This document shows, one piece after another, positions 35,117-43,797 of a stretch of 64,000 bases of DNA. A program made the position numbers and the translations under genes. Positions within the stretch are counted from its first letter, which is position 1. The number at the start of each line of letters is the position of its first letter. The stretch covers positions 124,001 to 188,000 of the IMG/VR virus record IMGVR_UViG_3300003322_000571. The stretch is one strand, 5' to 3'. The notes beneath the pieces are model-generated. The model saw only the letters and a program-made list of their open reading frames with translations, was not told the DNA's origin and ran no database searches.

Positions 35117-35391
35117 TGGACATCATTATCACCCAGCAGATCGCCACGCACAACGGCTGGACGGTCCGAATCAACCGCAACGCCGCTGGTCACTGGACGC
35201 TGCTGCGCAATGCGTCCCATCATCCGATGATTCCGCCGTTGACACAACAGCTGATCCAACGTGACGGGATGACGATGTGGGTCGGCATCATCGGTGAAGA
35301 AAAGAAGGCCGGCGACATCGTTGTCGTGGTCAGCTCGGAAGTGCTTGAGGACATCATCAAGCAGACGTGCGCCACTCCTCCCTCTCGTTGA
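35116..35391 (+). CDS. Hypothetical protein
   Basis: TGATG coupling. Confidence 0.65.
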   Translation: MDIIITQQIATHNGWTVRINRNAAGHWTLLRNASHHPMIPPLTQQLIQRDGMTMWVGIIGEEKKAGDIVVVVSSEVLEDIIKQTCATPPSR

Positions 35392-35429
35392 CCTTACGTG
35401 CAACTTGGTATACAATTACCACATTGCAC
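35388..35429 (+). promoter_or_regulatory. Hairpin promoter
   Basis: TTGACC-17-TACAAT; GTGCAA/TTGCAC plus TGGTA/TACCA. Confidence 0.75.
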
Positions 35430-35443
35430 AATAGGAGCCAACA

Positions 35444-35650
35444 ATGGCACACGTACTACCGGAACAACTGATTGATGAGCTGAAGAAGTCCGCTGCTCGT
35501 CAAACCGCTCGAGAGCAAGCAGGTGACTACCTGTTCATCGAGCGTGCCCACTTCGACAGCGACTTCGAAGCGACGTACGCAGGCGGCGTTGACGATGGTC
35601 ATACGATCGCAGCGCGCTCTGTGTTGACTGCGCTCGGCATCCAGTGGTGA
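35444..35650 (+). CDS. Small hypothetical protein
   Basis: AGGAG RBS. Confidence 0.7.
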   Translation: MAHVLPEQLIDELKKSAARQTAREQAGDYLFIERAHFDSDFEATYAGGVDDGHTIAARSVLTALGIQW

Positions 35651-35657
35651 AGTCAAC

Positions 35658-35927
35658 ATGATCGTCGTCATCCATGAAGACCAGTGCGAGCACCTCGCTG
35701 CACTGTCACACTACAACCACAACTACTACAAGCTGCCATTCAAGGTCAACGACTGCGACACCGTGTTCGCGTCGTACGACGGTGCTGACAACTTCAACGG
35801 CCACGAGCTCGGCAATATCGTCGACGGCAAGTTCGAGGTCAAATTCTACCTCCATACGTACGACAAAGATGATAGCACATTCATCTTCGACAGCAAAGAG
35901 CTGAGCGAGACGAACAAGTGGACGTGA
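35658..35927 (+). CDS. Hypothetical protein
   Basis: Operonic ORF. Confidence 0.7.
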   Translation: MIVVIHEDQCEHLAALSHYNHNYYKLPFKVNDCDTVFASYDGADNFNGHELGNIVDGKFEVKFYLHTYDKDDSTFIFDSKELSETNKWT

Positions 35928-35931
35928 CCTG

Positions 35932-35972
35932 TTGACATTGGTCAATTGTTACCTTATAGTTGTTGTAACAAT
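35932..35972 (+). promoter_or_regulatory. Hairpin promoter
   Basis: TTGACA-17-TATAGT; ATTGTTAC/GTAACAAT. Confidence 0.8.
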
Positions 35973-35987
35973 AAAAGGGGTAACTAA

Positions 35988-36287
35988 ATGGCAGTCGATT
36001 TTCTCAATCAGCCGCTGGAAGTCAACGCAGTCGTCATCATGACGCTGCCGAAGTATGCTGACATCTGCGTCGGTGTTGTCAAGAAGGTGACGCCGCAGCG
36101 AGTGCGTGTGGTCTACCGAGACCATAACGACTACGCCAGTGAGATTGTCGTCGAGCACGGCACGGTGATGGTGACTACGCACGAGGTCGCGCTCAAGCGG
36201 GCACGGTTCATTCGCCTGAAGGCGGTTGAAGCTGATCTGCTCAACCGTGCAGACATGAACGACGGCGATCTTCCGGCAGGGCGCTGA
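35988..36287 (+). CDS. Hypothetical protein
   Basis: Cassette ORF. Confidence 0.75.
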   Translation: MAVDFLNQPLEVNAVVIMTLPKYADICVGVVKKVTPQRVRVVYRDHNDYASEIVVEHGTVMVTTHEVALKRARFIRLKAVEADLLNRADMNDGDLPAGR

Positions 36288-36294
36288 TGCTCCG

Positions 36295-36348
36295 TTGATC
36301 TCGACCTCACACGGTGGGATAGTACTCCCATCATGTGAGGGAGATCAA
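36295..36348 (+). promoter_or_regulatory. Hairpin promoter sequestering the RBS
   Basis: TTGATC-17-GATAGT; stem runs from the -35 to the A of ATG 36348. Confidence 0.85.
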
Positions 36349-36677
36349 TGATGACTGTCGCAGCACCGTTCCATCCAGCAAAGCACGTCTACCAAAAAGA
36401 CGACCAAGTTGCCGTTGAGTATCAATACGGCCGGTGGTACTTTGGCACGATCCTATGGATCGAACAAGGCTTTGGCAACCTCAAGTTCGCTGTCGTCCGT
36501 CCCGACGATGATCGGTACATCGCGACGTTCGGTAGCAGCCGTGACATGAGCAACGGCTACAAGGGTTACATCTGCAACGACCCGCTGCTCAACCACATCG
36601 TCCCTCTCGAGCACTATGTGTGGGCGAGTGAGCTGACTGCACAGCAGCGGATGGAAGCGTACAAGCTGATTGCTTAA
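36348..36677 (+). CDS. Hypothetical protein
   Basis: GAGGGAG RBS. Confidence 0.75.
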   Translation: MMTVAAPFHPAKHVYQKDDQVAVEYQYGRWYFGTILWIEQGFGNLKFAVVRPDDDRYIATFGSSRDMSNGYKGYICNDPLLNHIVPLEHYVWASELTAQQRMEAYKLIA

Positions 36678-36762
36678 TTGTCAACATGTGGGCTATCAAC
36701 TGCCCACTGTTGACTTTCGTCGTGGGCGACGTTATGATCGAGTCATTGTACAGGAGGTAGAG

Positions 36763-37008
36763 ATGTCTCTCAAAGACGAGATCGAAGCAAAGCGCAAGGA
36801 GATTGCGGCGCTCGAGCAATCGATTGGCGATCGCAAGCGTGAGCTGACCGCACTGGAGAACAGCCGCGTCAAGTGTGCACATACGTTCTCCGCTGCCGTC
36901 CGTGGCTACGAACACGAAGGTGGTCACTGCACGAAGTGCGGGATCAATCAGCTCCACGCCGACACGCTTGCGTGGCAATATCGCACTGGCCGCCCGTTGA
37001 CGGCTTAA
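36763..37008 (+). CDS. Coiled-coil plus Cys/His motif protein
   Basis: GGAGG RBS; CAH...HCTKCG. Confidence 0.7.
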   Translation: MSLKDEIEAKRKEIAALEQSIGDRKRELTALENSRVKCAHTFSAAVRGYEHEGGHCTKCGINQLHADTLAWQYRTGRPLTA

Positions 37009-37028
37009 CATTTTTAAAGGACAATACT

Positions 37029-37460
37029 ATGTCGGTTCGACAACAAGCGATCGCTGACGTCAAGCTGTGCGAGCGAGTGACGGCGCGCGACGGTGAAGAC
37101 TCTGTCCGTCACTACATGGCGGCGTTCAAGAAGACGTTCGCTCCGCTCGTCAAGGCGGCGCTCGGCACGTCGATCGAGCATGACGACATCGAATCGCTCG
37201 AGATCGACAGCGCAGGTGACCTGTACATCCGCACGTCGTGGGTCAGCATGGGATGTGCTGACGGCAACACGTACATCCTCCCCGCTCACATCATCGACGC
37301 TGCCGATCCGTTGCATGCTGCGACTGTACATCATCTGAAGAAGCAAATCAACGATGCGCAGTCGTACGTCGCACACAAAGAGGCAGAACTGGAACGTGCC
37401 GAACGGTCGCTGGAAGAGCTGAAGAACAGCCTCGCACTTGTTCTCGAACAGAACAGTTGA
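37029..37460 (+). CDS. Family C paralogue
   Basis: LEID..GDLYI...W...G...Y.LP..I. Confidence 0.75.
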   Translation: MSVRQQAIADVKLCERVTARDGEDSVRHYMAAFKKTFAPLVKAALGTSIEHDDIESLEIDSAGDLYIRTSWVSMGCADGNTYILPAHIIDAADPLHAATVHHLKKQINDAQSYVAHKEAELERAERSLEELKNSLALVLEQNS

Positions 37461-37499
37461 CATCTAGTTGAGTGTGGTGTATGCTGCACTCAACTAGAT
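37457..37499 (+). promoter_or_regulatory. Hairpin promoter
   Basis: TTGACA-17-TATGCT; 16-bp stem with 2 G-T pairs. Confidence 0.85.
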
Positions 37500-37514
37500 C
37501 AATAGGGGCCTATC

Positions 37515-37775
37515 ATGGCATCGACTGCGGAGTACAAGTGCAAGAACGACGGCTGTGGCAAGATGTTCACAGCTCGTACTGCCGACCGCAAACGAGGATG
37601 GGCTCTGTTCTGCAGCAAGCGGTGCAAGGCGGTTGAGCAGGAGAAGCGGACAGGGCAGCACGCCGCGTATCAAGCTCGGCGCGATGCCGCTCACGCAAGC
37701 ACGTTCGATAGTGACTGGGAAGTCGCTATGGCTGACAATGAGGCGGGCTGGGACGGGCATAAGAACGCGTTCTGA
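37515..37775 (+). CDS. Small C4 zinc-finger-like protein
   Basis: CKNDGCGK.F...RGWALFCSKRC. Confidence 0.75.
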   Translation: MASTAEYKCKNDGCGKMFTARTADRKRGWALFCSKRCKAVEQEKRTGQHAAYQARRDAAHASTFDSDWEVAMADNEAGWDGHKNAF

Positions 37776-37832
37776 TCATTGACCTAAGTAAGGGTCAACG
37801 GTAACGTGTGCAGTTCTCAATAGGAGCTGCAT

Positions 37833-38051
37833 ATGTCTGAGTTTACCAGGTACACGATCGATTTCGCAACGACAAAGTTCACAACTGTCGCCATCTGTCT
37901 GACGGTTGTCTTGATGATGGCGTTCGTGTACGATATCTGCACTGCGAATGCAATCACGCAGTGTAAAGTCGTTGCTGCGACAACTCGCGTCTACGGTGAA
38001 GAGCAGCAATTGCGGACCGTTGAACAAATCCGTAAGTTGTGCGACCGTTGA
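37833..38051 (+). CDS. Small membrane-anchored protein
   Basis: TM plus C...EQI...C. Confidence 0.65.
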   Translation: MSEFTRYTIDFATTKFTTVAICLTVVLMMAFVYDICTANAITQCKVVAATTRVYGEEQQLRTVEQIRKLCDR

Positions 38052-38104
38052 TATCGCCTATAGGGTTAACCTAAAGTGTACAACATTACGGGTAAGGAGT
38101 CAAC

Positions 38105-38263
38105 ATGGAAATGAAGTGGTATTGCATTGCTGTCGCTGTAGTGATCTCCGTTGTCAGCATCAGTGAAGCTGTTGACAAGTGGCAGCACAATCAGTGCAAG
38201 ATCGAGCTCGCCAAGAGCACAACGAAGACCGCTGAACAGATTGAAGCTGTATGCGGCAAGTGA
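38105..38263 (+). CDS. Small membrane-anchored protein (52 aa)
   Basis: AAGGAG RBS; TM plus QCK...EQIEAVC. Confidence 0.65.
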   Translation: MEMKWYCIAVAVVISVVSISEAVDKWQHNQCKIELAKSTTKTAEQIEAVCGK

Positions 38264-38541
38264 ACACCGTCGTCGTCAATTCTGATGATCCGGATGACGG
38301 GTATTCGTATTCGTACATCGACGTCAGTGGTCAACAACATCCGATGTCTGATCAACAGGTCAGTCACTATCTGTTCGGTAGCCTGACTGAGGACCAACTT
38401 GCGCTCCACTTTGCCCGCGAGAAGGTCGCTAAGTCCGATCATCCTTCACTTGCTGAACTTCGTCAACGGCTGAAGGGCGTTCTGCCTGACGATGTGTCGG
38501 GTGTTGTCAAACGTCACCAAGTAGGTGACAATCATGCGTGA
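38251..38541 (+). CDS. Hypothetical protein
   Basis: Operonic ORF. Confidence 0.65.
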   Translation: MRQVNTVVVNSDDPDDGYSYSYIDVSGQQHPMSDQQVSHYLFGSLTEDQLALHFAREKVAKSDHPSLAELRQRLKGVLPDDVSGVVKRHQVGDNHA

Positions 38542-38782
38542 ACTTGGCCGAGGCGTTTCAGGGACGATTGAGTTCCAAGCTAAGCTCGTTGTCAATGACC
38601 TTCCGATGATCGGCAAGGCTGTTGAATATGCGCAGCGGGTCGATCCGTGGGCTCACTATAAGTTGTGCATGGTCTCTGGTACTGTGACAATCGGCAGCAC
38701 GAACTTCGAAGTGATCGACTATCTGAAGGGACTGTGCAAAATGAACACTACTCCTACACACAGCCAACAAGCAGGACAATAA
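38534..38782 (+). CDS. Hypothetical protein
   Basis: Operonic ORF. Confidence 0.65.
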   Translation: MRELGRGVSGTIEFQAKLVVNDLPMIGKAVEYAQRVDPWAHYKLCMVSGTVTIGSTNFEVIDYLKGLCKMNTTPTHSQQAGQ

Positions 38783-38784
38783 CA

Positions 38785-39093
38785 ATGGCATCGGACATTA
38801 TGACACCAATTACCATTCTAGACAACGAGTATCCTGGTTTCGAAGCCGCTGTTGACATTGAGCGGGACATCAGCGAGATGTGGATGGAACCAGAAGTAGT
38901 CGACATCCCCAGTGAGTATCAAGGGACGATTCGCGTCGTCGTTACGTACATTCCGGATGAAGCAGATCCACCATCACTGTTGAACATCGACCGTCTCCGT
39001 CATGCAATTGAAGGTCAAGTGCTTGGCCTAACTGCGAACATGACGCGTGAGCAGCGCCGTCATGTACTGCTTGCGATCGCGAACGGTGACTGA
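38785..39093 (+). CDS. Hypothetical protein
   Basis: Operonic ORF. Confidence 0.7.
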   Translation: MASDIMTPITILDNEYPGFEAAVDIERDISEMWMEPEVVDIPSEYQGTIRVVVTYIPDEADPPSLLNIDRLRHAIEGQVLGLTANMTREQRRHVLLAIANGD

Positions 39094-39094
39094 T

Positions 39095-39400
39095 ATGACT
39101 AACGGTGACGTACTAGATCAGATCATCGAACAGTTCACGGAAGATGTCAACAGGGCGATTAGCCATGCGAAGTTCTGGGTCGGTGTATGCAACACGAACG
39201 GGTCGATGCGAGACGTTGCTAATGCGATGGTTGCTGTCAACAAAGTAATCACTGTTGTCGATGACCTAATCATTGTGTGCCGGATTGGCAAGAAGCCTGT
39301 TCCGGAGATTGCGCTTGCCGCTGCACACAATGCTCATAATGAGTACGGTGAGCTAGTCTCACGGTTGTACCGCCTTGCAAGTGAGGCAAAGACGCAATAG
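39095..39400 (+). CDS. Hypothetical protein
   Basis: Operonic ORF. Confidence 0.7.
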   Translation: MTNGDVLDQIIEQFTEDVNRAISHAKFWVGVCNTNGSMRDVANAMVAVNKVITVVDDLIIVCRIGKKPVPEIALAAAHNAHNEYGELVSRLYRLASEAKTQ

Positions 39401-39429
39401 ATTGTTGCACAATTTTGGGTTATTAAAGA

Positions 39430-39464
39430 AGCTCCTGGTCAGTTAAAGACCAAGGAGCTTTTTG
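39430..39464 (+). terminator. Intrinsic terminator
   Basis: AAGCTCCTGGTC/GACCAAGGAGCTT plus T tract. Confidence 0.65.
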
Positions 39465-40046
39465 TTTATGAAAGATCACATCCAAGAAGAAGTGCTCAAG
39501 GCGATTCGCGGGGGCAAGTTGACAAGGGCTGAGCTGCTTGAAATGATTGAGAATGCGGACGTTACTGTTGACGACGAGCAGCAGTGGAGAGTCAGTGAGC
39601 ATGTGCCTGTTACACCACCGCGTCCACCGACTCCAGAAGAGATTGTCGCACAGCGTCTCAAGATGATCAACGATTCGATTGATGCGCTCCGCGTATATGC
39701 TGATCCGGATCTCAGTGAAATCAAAGCTCTGTTGAAGGAAGTCGCTGAAGCAGGTAAGCTGGGACCTACGGACGGATGGATTCAAGCACTTGAGATTCAC
39801 CACAACGATATGTTGTTTGTAGAGATTGCTTGGTCGTGTCGTGGCTACACGAATTCAATCCTGCATTATATTCCGATGAGCATCTTCCGTTCTGTTGACC
39901 ATGTTCGTGCTGCAAAGGTATACAGTGCATGTCAGCGTCGCGATGGTTACGAGGCTGAGCTGAAGATCGCTAAGTCGAACGTCGAACGGTACACGAGACT
40001 GATTGCTGAAGAGACAAAGTTGCTTGACGAGTTGGGAGAACAATGA
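39462..40046 (+). CDS. Family C paralogue (C-terminal domain)
   Basis: LEIHHNDMLFVEIAW..RG...YIP. Confidence 0.75.
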   Translation: MFMKDHIQEEVLKAIRGGKLTRAELLEMIENADVTVDDEQQWRVSEHVPVTPPRPPTPEEIVAQRLKMINDSIDALRVYADPDLSEIKALLKEVAEAGKLGPTDGWIQALEIHHNDMLFVEIAWSCRGYTNSILHYIPMSIFRSVDHVRAAKVYSACQRRDGYEAELKIAKSNVERYTRLIAEETKLLDELGEQ

Positions 40047-40477
40047 TGTCGCGTGAACTAATCAAACAAACAATCAGTCAACTGAACACATACCGTAGGC
40101 CAGACATTACTGCTTGTCAAAAGGAGATTGCTTGTGCGATCTATTGGGCAAAGCTAGGCAACATTGACAAAGAGATCATTGTTGACCTTGAGATCGATGA
40201 AGAAGATATTCTCCATGTGACAACGGAGTGGGGCAGCAAGGGAAGCGTGTGCGCTGATACGTACAAGCTACCGATGTACATCTTCGAAGCTCCGTGCCTG
40301 ATCACTGCATCTATGAAATACGGCCTTGAACTGAAGCTCGAGTACAGTCAGGACCAGCTTCAGATGTCCAAAGAGAATGTAGCACACTACGAGCAGGAAG
40401 TCAACAAATATACAAAGTGGCTGGACGAAGTGAACAACGACCGATATACCAAGTCAGTTGCTACGGGGAGCAAATAA
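40043..40477 (+). CDS. Family C paralogue
   Basis: LEIDEEDILHVTTEW..KG...YKLP. Confidence 0.75.
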   Translation: MMSRELIKQTISQLNTYRRPDITACQKEIACAIYWAKLGNIDKEIIVDLEIDEEDILHVTTEWGSKGSVCADTYKLPMYIFEAPCLITASMKYGLELKLEYSQDQLQMSKENVAHYEQEVNKYTKWLDEVNNDRYTKSVATGSK

Positions 40478-40650
40478 TGCCTAATAATCCACACGGTCAT
40501 TTGATCATGGACGAAGATGAGCTTATCTATGTCCGTCCAAGAGATCAACAAGAGTTTACGCTGACGAACTATCAGTATACGAATTACATGGCTGGCCTGA
40601 TGACTGTTGAGCAACTATTCAGCATCTACGAGAATATCGAAGTATGCTGA
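40477..40650 (+). CDS. Small hypothetical protein
   Basis: Coupled ORF. Confidence 0.6.
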   Translation: MPNNPHGHLIMDEDELIYVRPRDQQEFTLTNYQYTNYMAGLMTVEQLFSIYENIEVC

Positions 40651-40955
40651 TCGACCTAACTCAAACTCCCGAAGCTGTGCTCACAGTCAACGAAGACGAT
40701 GTCGTTACGTTCAACGGTGTTCAGTTCGTTGTCCACAGTTACAACGGACCGTTCAATGACAATTCGTACATCCACTTTGTCTCTGTTGACAGTGATTCAG
40801 TCGCACTGGCGAAAGCAGTAGTTGATCAACCGAAAGCTTCTTACGATCAACTGTACAAGCAGTTCATCAAACAGATCCGGATTGGACAGTATGCTGCAAA
40901 CTCTCGTCAAGAGTTTTATTCTGCGCTAAAAGACGGCACTGCGAGGATTGACTGA
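40644..40955 (+). CDS. Hypothetical protein
   Basis: N-terminus resembles 41337 ORF (ID...PE..LTV..DD.V). Confidence 0.7.
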   Translation: MLIDLTQTPEAVLTVNEDDVVTFNGVQFVVHSYNGPFNDNSYIHFVSVDSDSVALAKAVVDQPKASYDQLYKQFIKQIRIGQYAANSRQEFYSALKDGTARID

Positions 40956-41368
40956 TGGACAGTAGTTTCGATCAAATGTGGGATAAGGTCGGTCACGATC
41001 TGGGATGGTTCGATCATAACATGAGTCGTGACCGTCCGTACAATGGTCAGCCACATACTTCAACAGGCGTGCGAGGTTCTACAGAAGTCAAGGGGATTAC
41101 TTTCCGAGACCTGAGAGACTGTTTCATTCGCGCGTACATTCTCAGCCATAATCACCACCGTGACAACGGTCTAAATCGTGCTGAACCAAACGCAACGTTG
41201 CGTGATGAAGCAAACAAGGGTGAGCGAGCTGCACTGTGCGAGGATGACGTCTACAAGTTGAAAGGTAATGTTGACCCTATTGCAATCGCTCAAAATCTGT
41301 GTTGTGAAGTTGAAAAGATAATGGGAATCTTTCCTAATGTTCCACGTTTTGAGCACAGTGATGATTGA
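40955..41368 (+). CDS. Hypothetical protein
   Basis: Coupled ORF. Confidence 0.75.
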   Translation: MDSSFDQMWDKVGHDLGWFDHNMSRDRPYNGQPHTSTGVRGSTEVKGITFRDLRDCFIRAYILSHNHHRDNGLNRAEPNATLRDEANKGERAALCEDDVYKLKGNVDPIAIAQNLCCEVEKIMGIFPNVPRFEHSDD

Positions 41369-41678
41369 CGTCAAGCAATATCCTGAACATCTGTTGACCG
41401 TACAACAGGATGATCACGTTCTGTATGGTGAGCAAGAGATGGTTGTTTCATTTTTGCCGGTGCACCAAGGCGAAGATGAGCAAAAAATTTATTTGACGAC
41501 GGTCGAGAGTGACGTTGCAGGATACAACGATCTTGTATGGCAGTACCATCGTGGTGAGATTGATATCTATCCACAGTACAAAGTGATGATCAAGCACCTT
41601 CGTGTTGGTTATCCTTGTGCTATGTGCCGTCATGAGATGGTCGAAGCGATTCGAAATGGTCTTGCTGTGATTGGTTGA
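41337..41678 (+). CDS. Hypothetical protein
   Basis: Coupled ORF. Confidence 0.7.
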   Translation: MFHVLSTVMIDVKQYPEHLLTVQQDDHVLYGEQEMVVSFLPVHQGEDEQKIYLTTVESDVAGYNDLVWQYHRGEIDIYPQYKVMIKHLRVGYPCAMCRHEMVEAIRNGLAVIG

Positions 41679-41688
41679 GTTGACCCTG

Positions 41689-41725
41689 TTGACTTGGTTG
41701 AATAAATGGGTATTATTGTACCCAT
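41689..41725 (+). promoter_or_regulatory. Hairpin promoter
   Basis: TTGACT-16-TATTAT; ATGGGTA/TACCCAT. Confidence 0.7.
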
Positions 41726-41752
41726 CTTTTGACTGATCTAGGAGATCAAACC

Positions 41753-41944
41753 ATGAACGCTTCGCAACGCCGTATCGCCCGTCGTCACATCCTGTCGGTT
41801 CTGCCGGTCAAGTCTCAAGTCGTCGTTCCGACTGGCTCGATCGGTTCGGTCGTCGGTGTTGACAACAGCCAGAATGTCGTCGTCAAGCTGAAGAACAATT
41901 CGACGAAGACGTATCGTCAGCAACAACTGAAGCTGGCTGCGTGA
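41753..41944 (+). CDS. Small basic KOW/SH3-like protein
   Basis: AGGAG RBS. Confidence 0.7.
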   Translation: MNASQRRIARRHILSVLPVKSQVVVPTGSIGSVVGVDNSQNVVVKLKNNSTKTYRQQQLKLAA

Positions 41945-42201
41945 AACGTCTGCTGATCATCAGCATGCTATCGCTGGCGGGCCATGTGTCCGCCAGCGAC
42001 ACGTCGTTTGTTATTTCGACTAAGTGTGCCGGTGAATTGTGCACGATTACAATCAAAGCTAATGTCCGTGTAATTGTCACTGCGTCTTTGAACGGGCGTA
42101 CTGACAAGTTCACGTTAGCTGCTGGCGGAGTGTACGTTACGAAGTACAAGCCGTCAACGGAAGACAATGTTTCTGTATCGGTAGACAAGGGGAATGTATG
42201 A
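41941..42201 (+). CDS. Secreted/periplasmic small protein
   Basis: Signal peptide MKRLLIISMLSLAGHVSA. Confidence 0.7.
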   Translation: MKRLLIISMLSLAGHVSASDTSFVISTKCAGELCTITIKANVRVIVTASLNGRTDKFTLAAGGVYVTKYKPSTEDNVSVSVDKGNV

Positions 42202-42467
42202 GCAAGCTGATCAGCAAGTCGGAGTGGGAAATCATGTACTCCGACTTGCAGGGCCAGATGGCGTCGGTTGACTCATGGATGTACATTGGTCGTAAGTACA
42301 AAGACAAGTCTGCTGTCCGTAATGCCGCATTTGCTCTTGGCAAAGTCGCTGGATCATTGAAGGCGATCACCGGTTATCTGCGGTCGATCGGTGAACCTGT
42401 CCCTTCGCATGTGACGGAGATTTCCGACAAGTACGAAGACATGTGGACGGAAGTCGGTAGCTGGTAA
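42198..42467 (+). CDS. Hypothetical protein
   Basis: Coupled ORF. Confidence 0.7.
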   Translation: MSKLISKSEWEIMYSDLQGQMASVDSWMYIGRKYKDKSAVRNAAFALGKVAGSLKAITGYLRSIGEPVPSHVTEISDKYEDMWTEVGSW

Positions 42468-42475
42468 AGGAGCGG

Positions 42476-42504
42476 TTGAGATTATCTCGCAAACGTGGGA
42501 TAAT
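42476..42504 (+). promoter_or_regulatory. Hairpin promoter
   Basis: TTGAGA-17-GATAAT; ATTATCTCGC/GTGGGATAAT with 2 G-T pairs. Confidence 0.7.
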
Positions 42505-42539
42505 GTTCCGTTGTTTTGACCCGCCCATTAGGAGCAATA

Positions 42540-42842
42540 ATGTTTAACTGGCTAAAGCGTCTGTTCGACAAGCAGAACGATCAACAGATGCTCGACGGCG
42601 ATGCCCACCCTGTTCTTCGTGACTACGTCGTCATTCTCGGACAGTGCCCGAAGTGCGCTCTGGCGGTCGTCGAAGGGACTGAGAGCAATGTTGCGGTCGG
42701 CCCTGCGATTCACAAAGTGTGCCACACTGAGCTGCTTCGTGAGGCGACGAACGACGATCCAGAAATGATCATCATGATGTTGCGCGAACTGCGCGACTTT
42801 CGTAACAAAACCGGGATCACGCCGAATGTATCAGTGATATAA
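42540..42842 (+). CDS. Hypothetical protein (Cys/His motif)
   Basis: AGGAG RBS; CPKC...HKVC. Confidence 0.7.
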   Translation: MFNWLKRLFDKQNDQQMLDGDAHPVLRDYVVILGQCPKCALAVVEGTESNVAVGPAIHKVCHTELLREATNDDPEMIIMMLRELRDFRNKTGITPNVSVI

Positions 42843-42850
42843 GGATACCA

Positions 42851-43168
42851 ATGACGGAGAAGTATTGCATTTGCTGCGATAAGGAAGGACACTACACGAA
42901 CGAATGCTGGAGCACACACGGGCTGAATACGCCGTACGATCGGGAGATCGACCGGCTATGTCAGCTCGCTTCGTTTGTAGAGGGCCACACCAAACCGACG
43001 GGAGTCGTCACGGTGACAGGCTGGCCGTCATTGACGTCTAATAATCTCGAGAACAACGTCTATACGCCTCTGTATAGCTTGCCGCCTGGCAGGTGGAATG
43101 TATATGCATTGAGGCTTGCTGACGGTAACCCTGAACCGAAGCAACCAAACGGTAGGTTGATCAAATAA
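42851..43168 (+). CDS. Hypothetical protein with N-terminal zinc knuckle
   Basis: CICCDKEGHYTNEC (CX2CX4HX4C). Confidence 0.7.
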   Translation: MTEKYCICCDKEGHYTNECWSTHGLNTPYDREIDRLCQLASFVEGHTKPTGVVTVTGWPSLTSNNLENNVYTPLYSLPPGRWNVYALRLADGNPEPKQPNGRLIK

Positions 43169-43183
43169 GGGGTAGTTGCTACA

Positions 43184-43795
43184 GTGTTGACATTGGTTCA
43201 ACACTTGCTACTTACCCTTATGAACGTATCCAAAGCAACAACTGTTAGCCGCCTTCGCAAACTAGCGGACACCCTGTCAGACGTCGATCCAAAGTACTTC
43301 AACATTGATTCATGGTTGAAGATCAACGGAAGTCATCACCTGCACAGCAGTGATGAGGCGTTCCTTGGTCTAAACAGGAATGATATTGACGTTACCGAGG
43401 TCGTCAATAAGGCAAAGAAAAACGAATGTGGCGCCGCTGCTTGCGCGCTTGGTTGGGCATGTTCGATTCCATCGTTCAAGGAGGCGGGATTGATTATGCG
43501 TGCTCAGGCTGATTCCGATTCGTGGAACACGGTGAAACCTTCGTTGGTTGTTGGTGGCCGGGTAATCGCAACGGATTATGACGCTGGGGCGAGGTTCTTC
43601 GGTGTTAATGATGCAACGTCTGAATACCTGTTCGACCCCGATTCGTACGTAACTGAACCGTCCGCAAAACAAGTTGCGCGCCGGATCCGTGCGGTCGCGA
43701 ATAAAATCGAACAAGGTTTTGTGATTCGCGACGTTAACTATACATACGACTGCTTCAGCCGTGTGCGTGTCAACTACGTCAAACGAAAAGGTTAA
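43184..43795 (+). CDS. Tandem paralogue family D, copy 1
   Basis: RL.KLAD.L...FN...W...CG.AACA.GWA..IP.F...FFG...LF.P..Y...VA.RIR. Confidence 0.85.
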   Translation: MLTLVQHLLLTLMNVSKATTVSRLRKLADTLSDVDPKYFNIDSWLKINGSHHLHSSDEAFLGLNRNDIDVTEVVNKAKKNECGAAACALGWACSIPSFKEAGLIMRAQADSDSWNTVKPSLVVGGRVIATDYDAGARFFGVNDATSEYLFDPDSYVTEPSAKQVARRIRAVANKIEQGFVIRDVNYTYDCFSRVRVNYVKRKG

Positions 43796-43797
43796 TT

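Noticed and set aside
23062-36346. Hairpin repeats as a CRISPR array or N4-type vRNAP promoters
   Set aside because: Spacers are whole ORFs; intact sigma70 -35/-10 spacing is present; wobble pairs favour the non-template strand, opposite to N4 template hairpins
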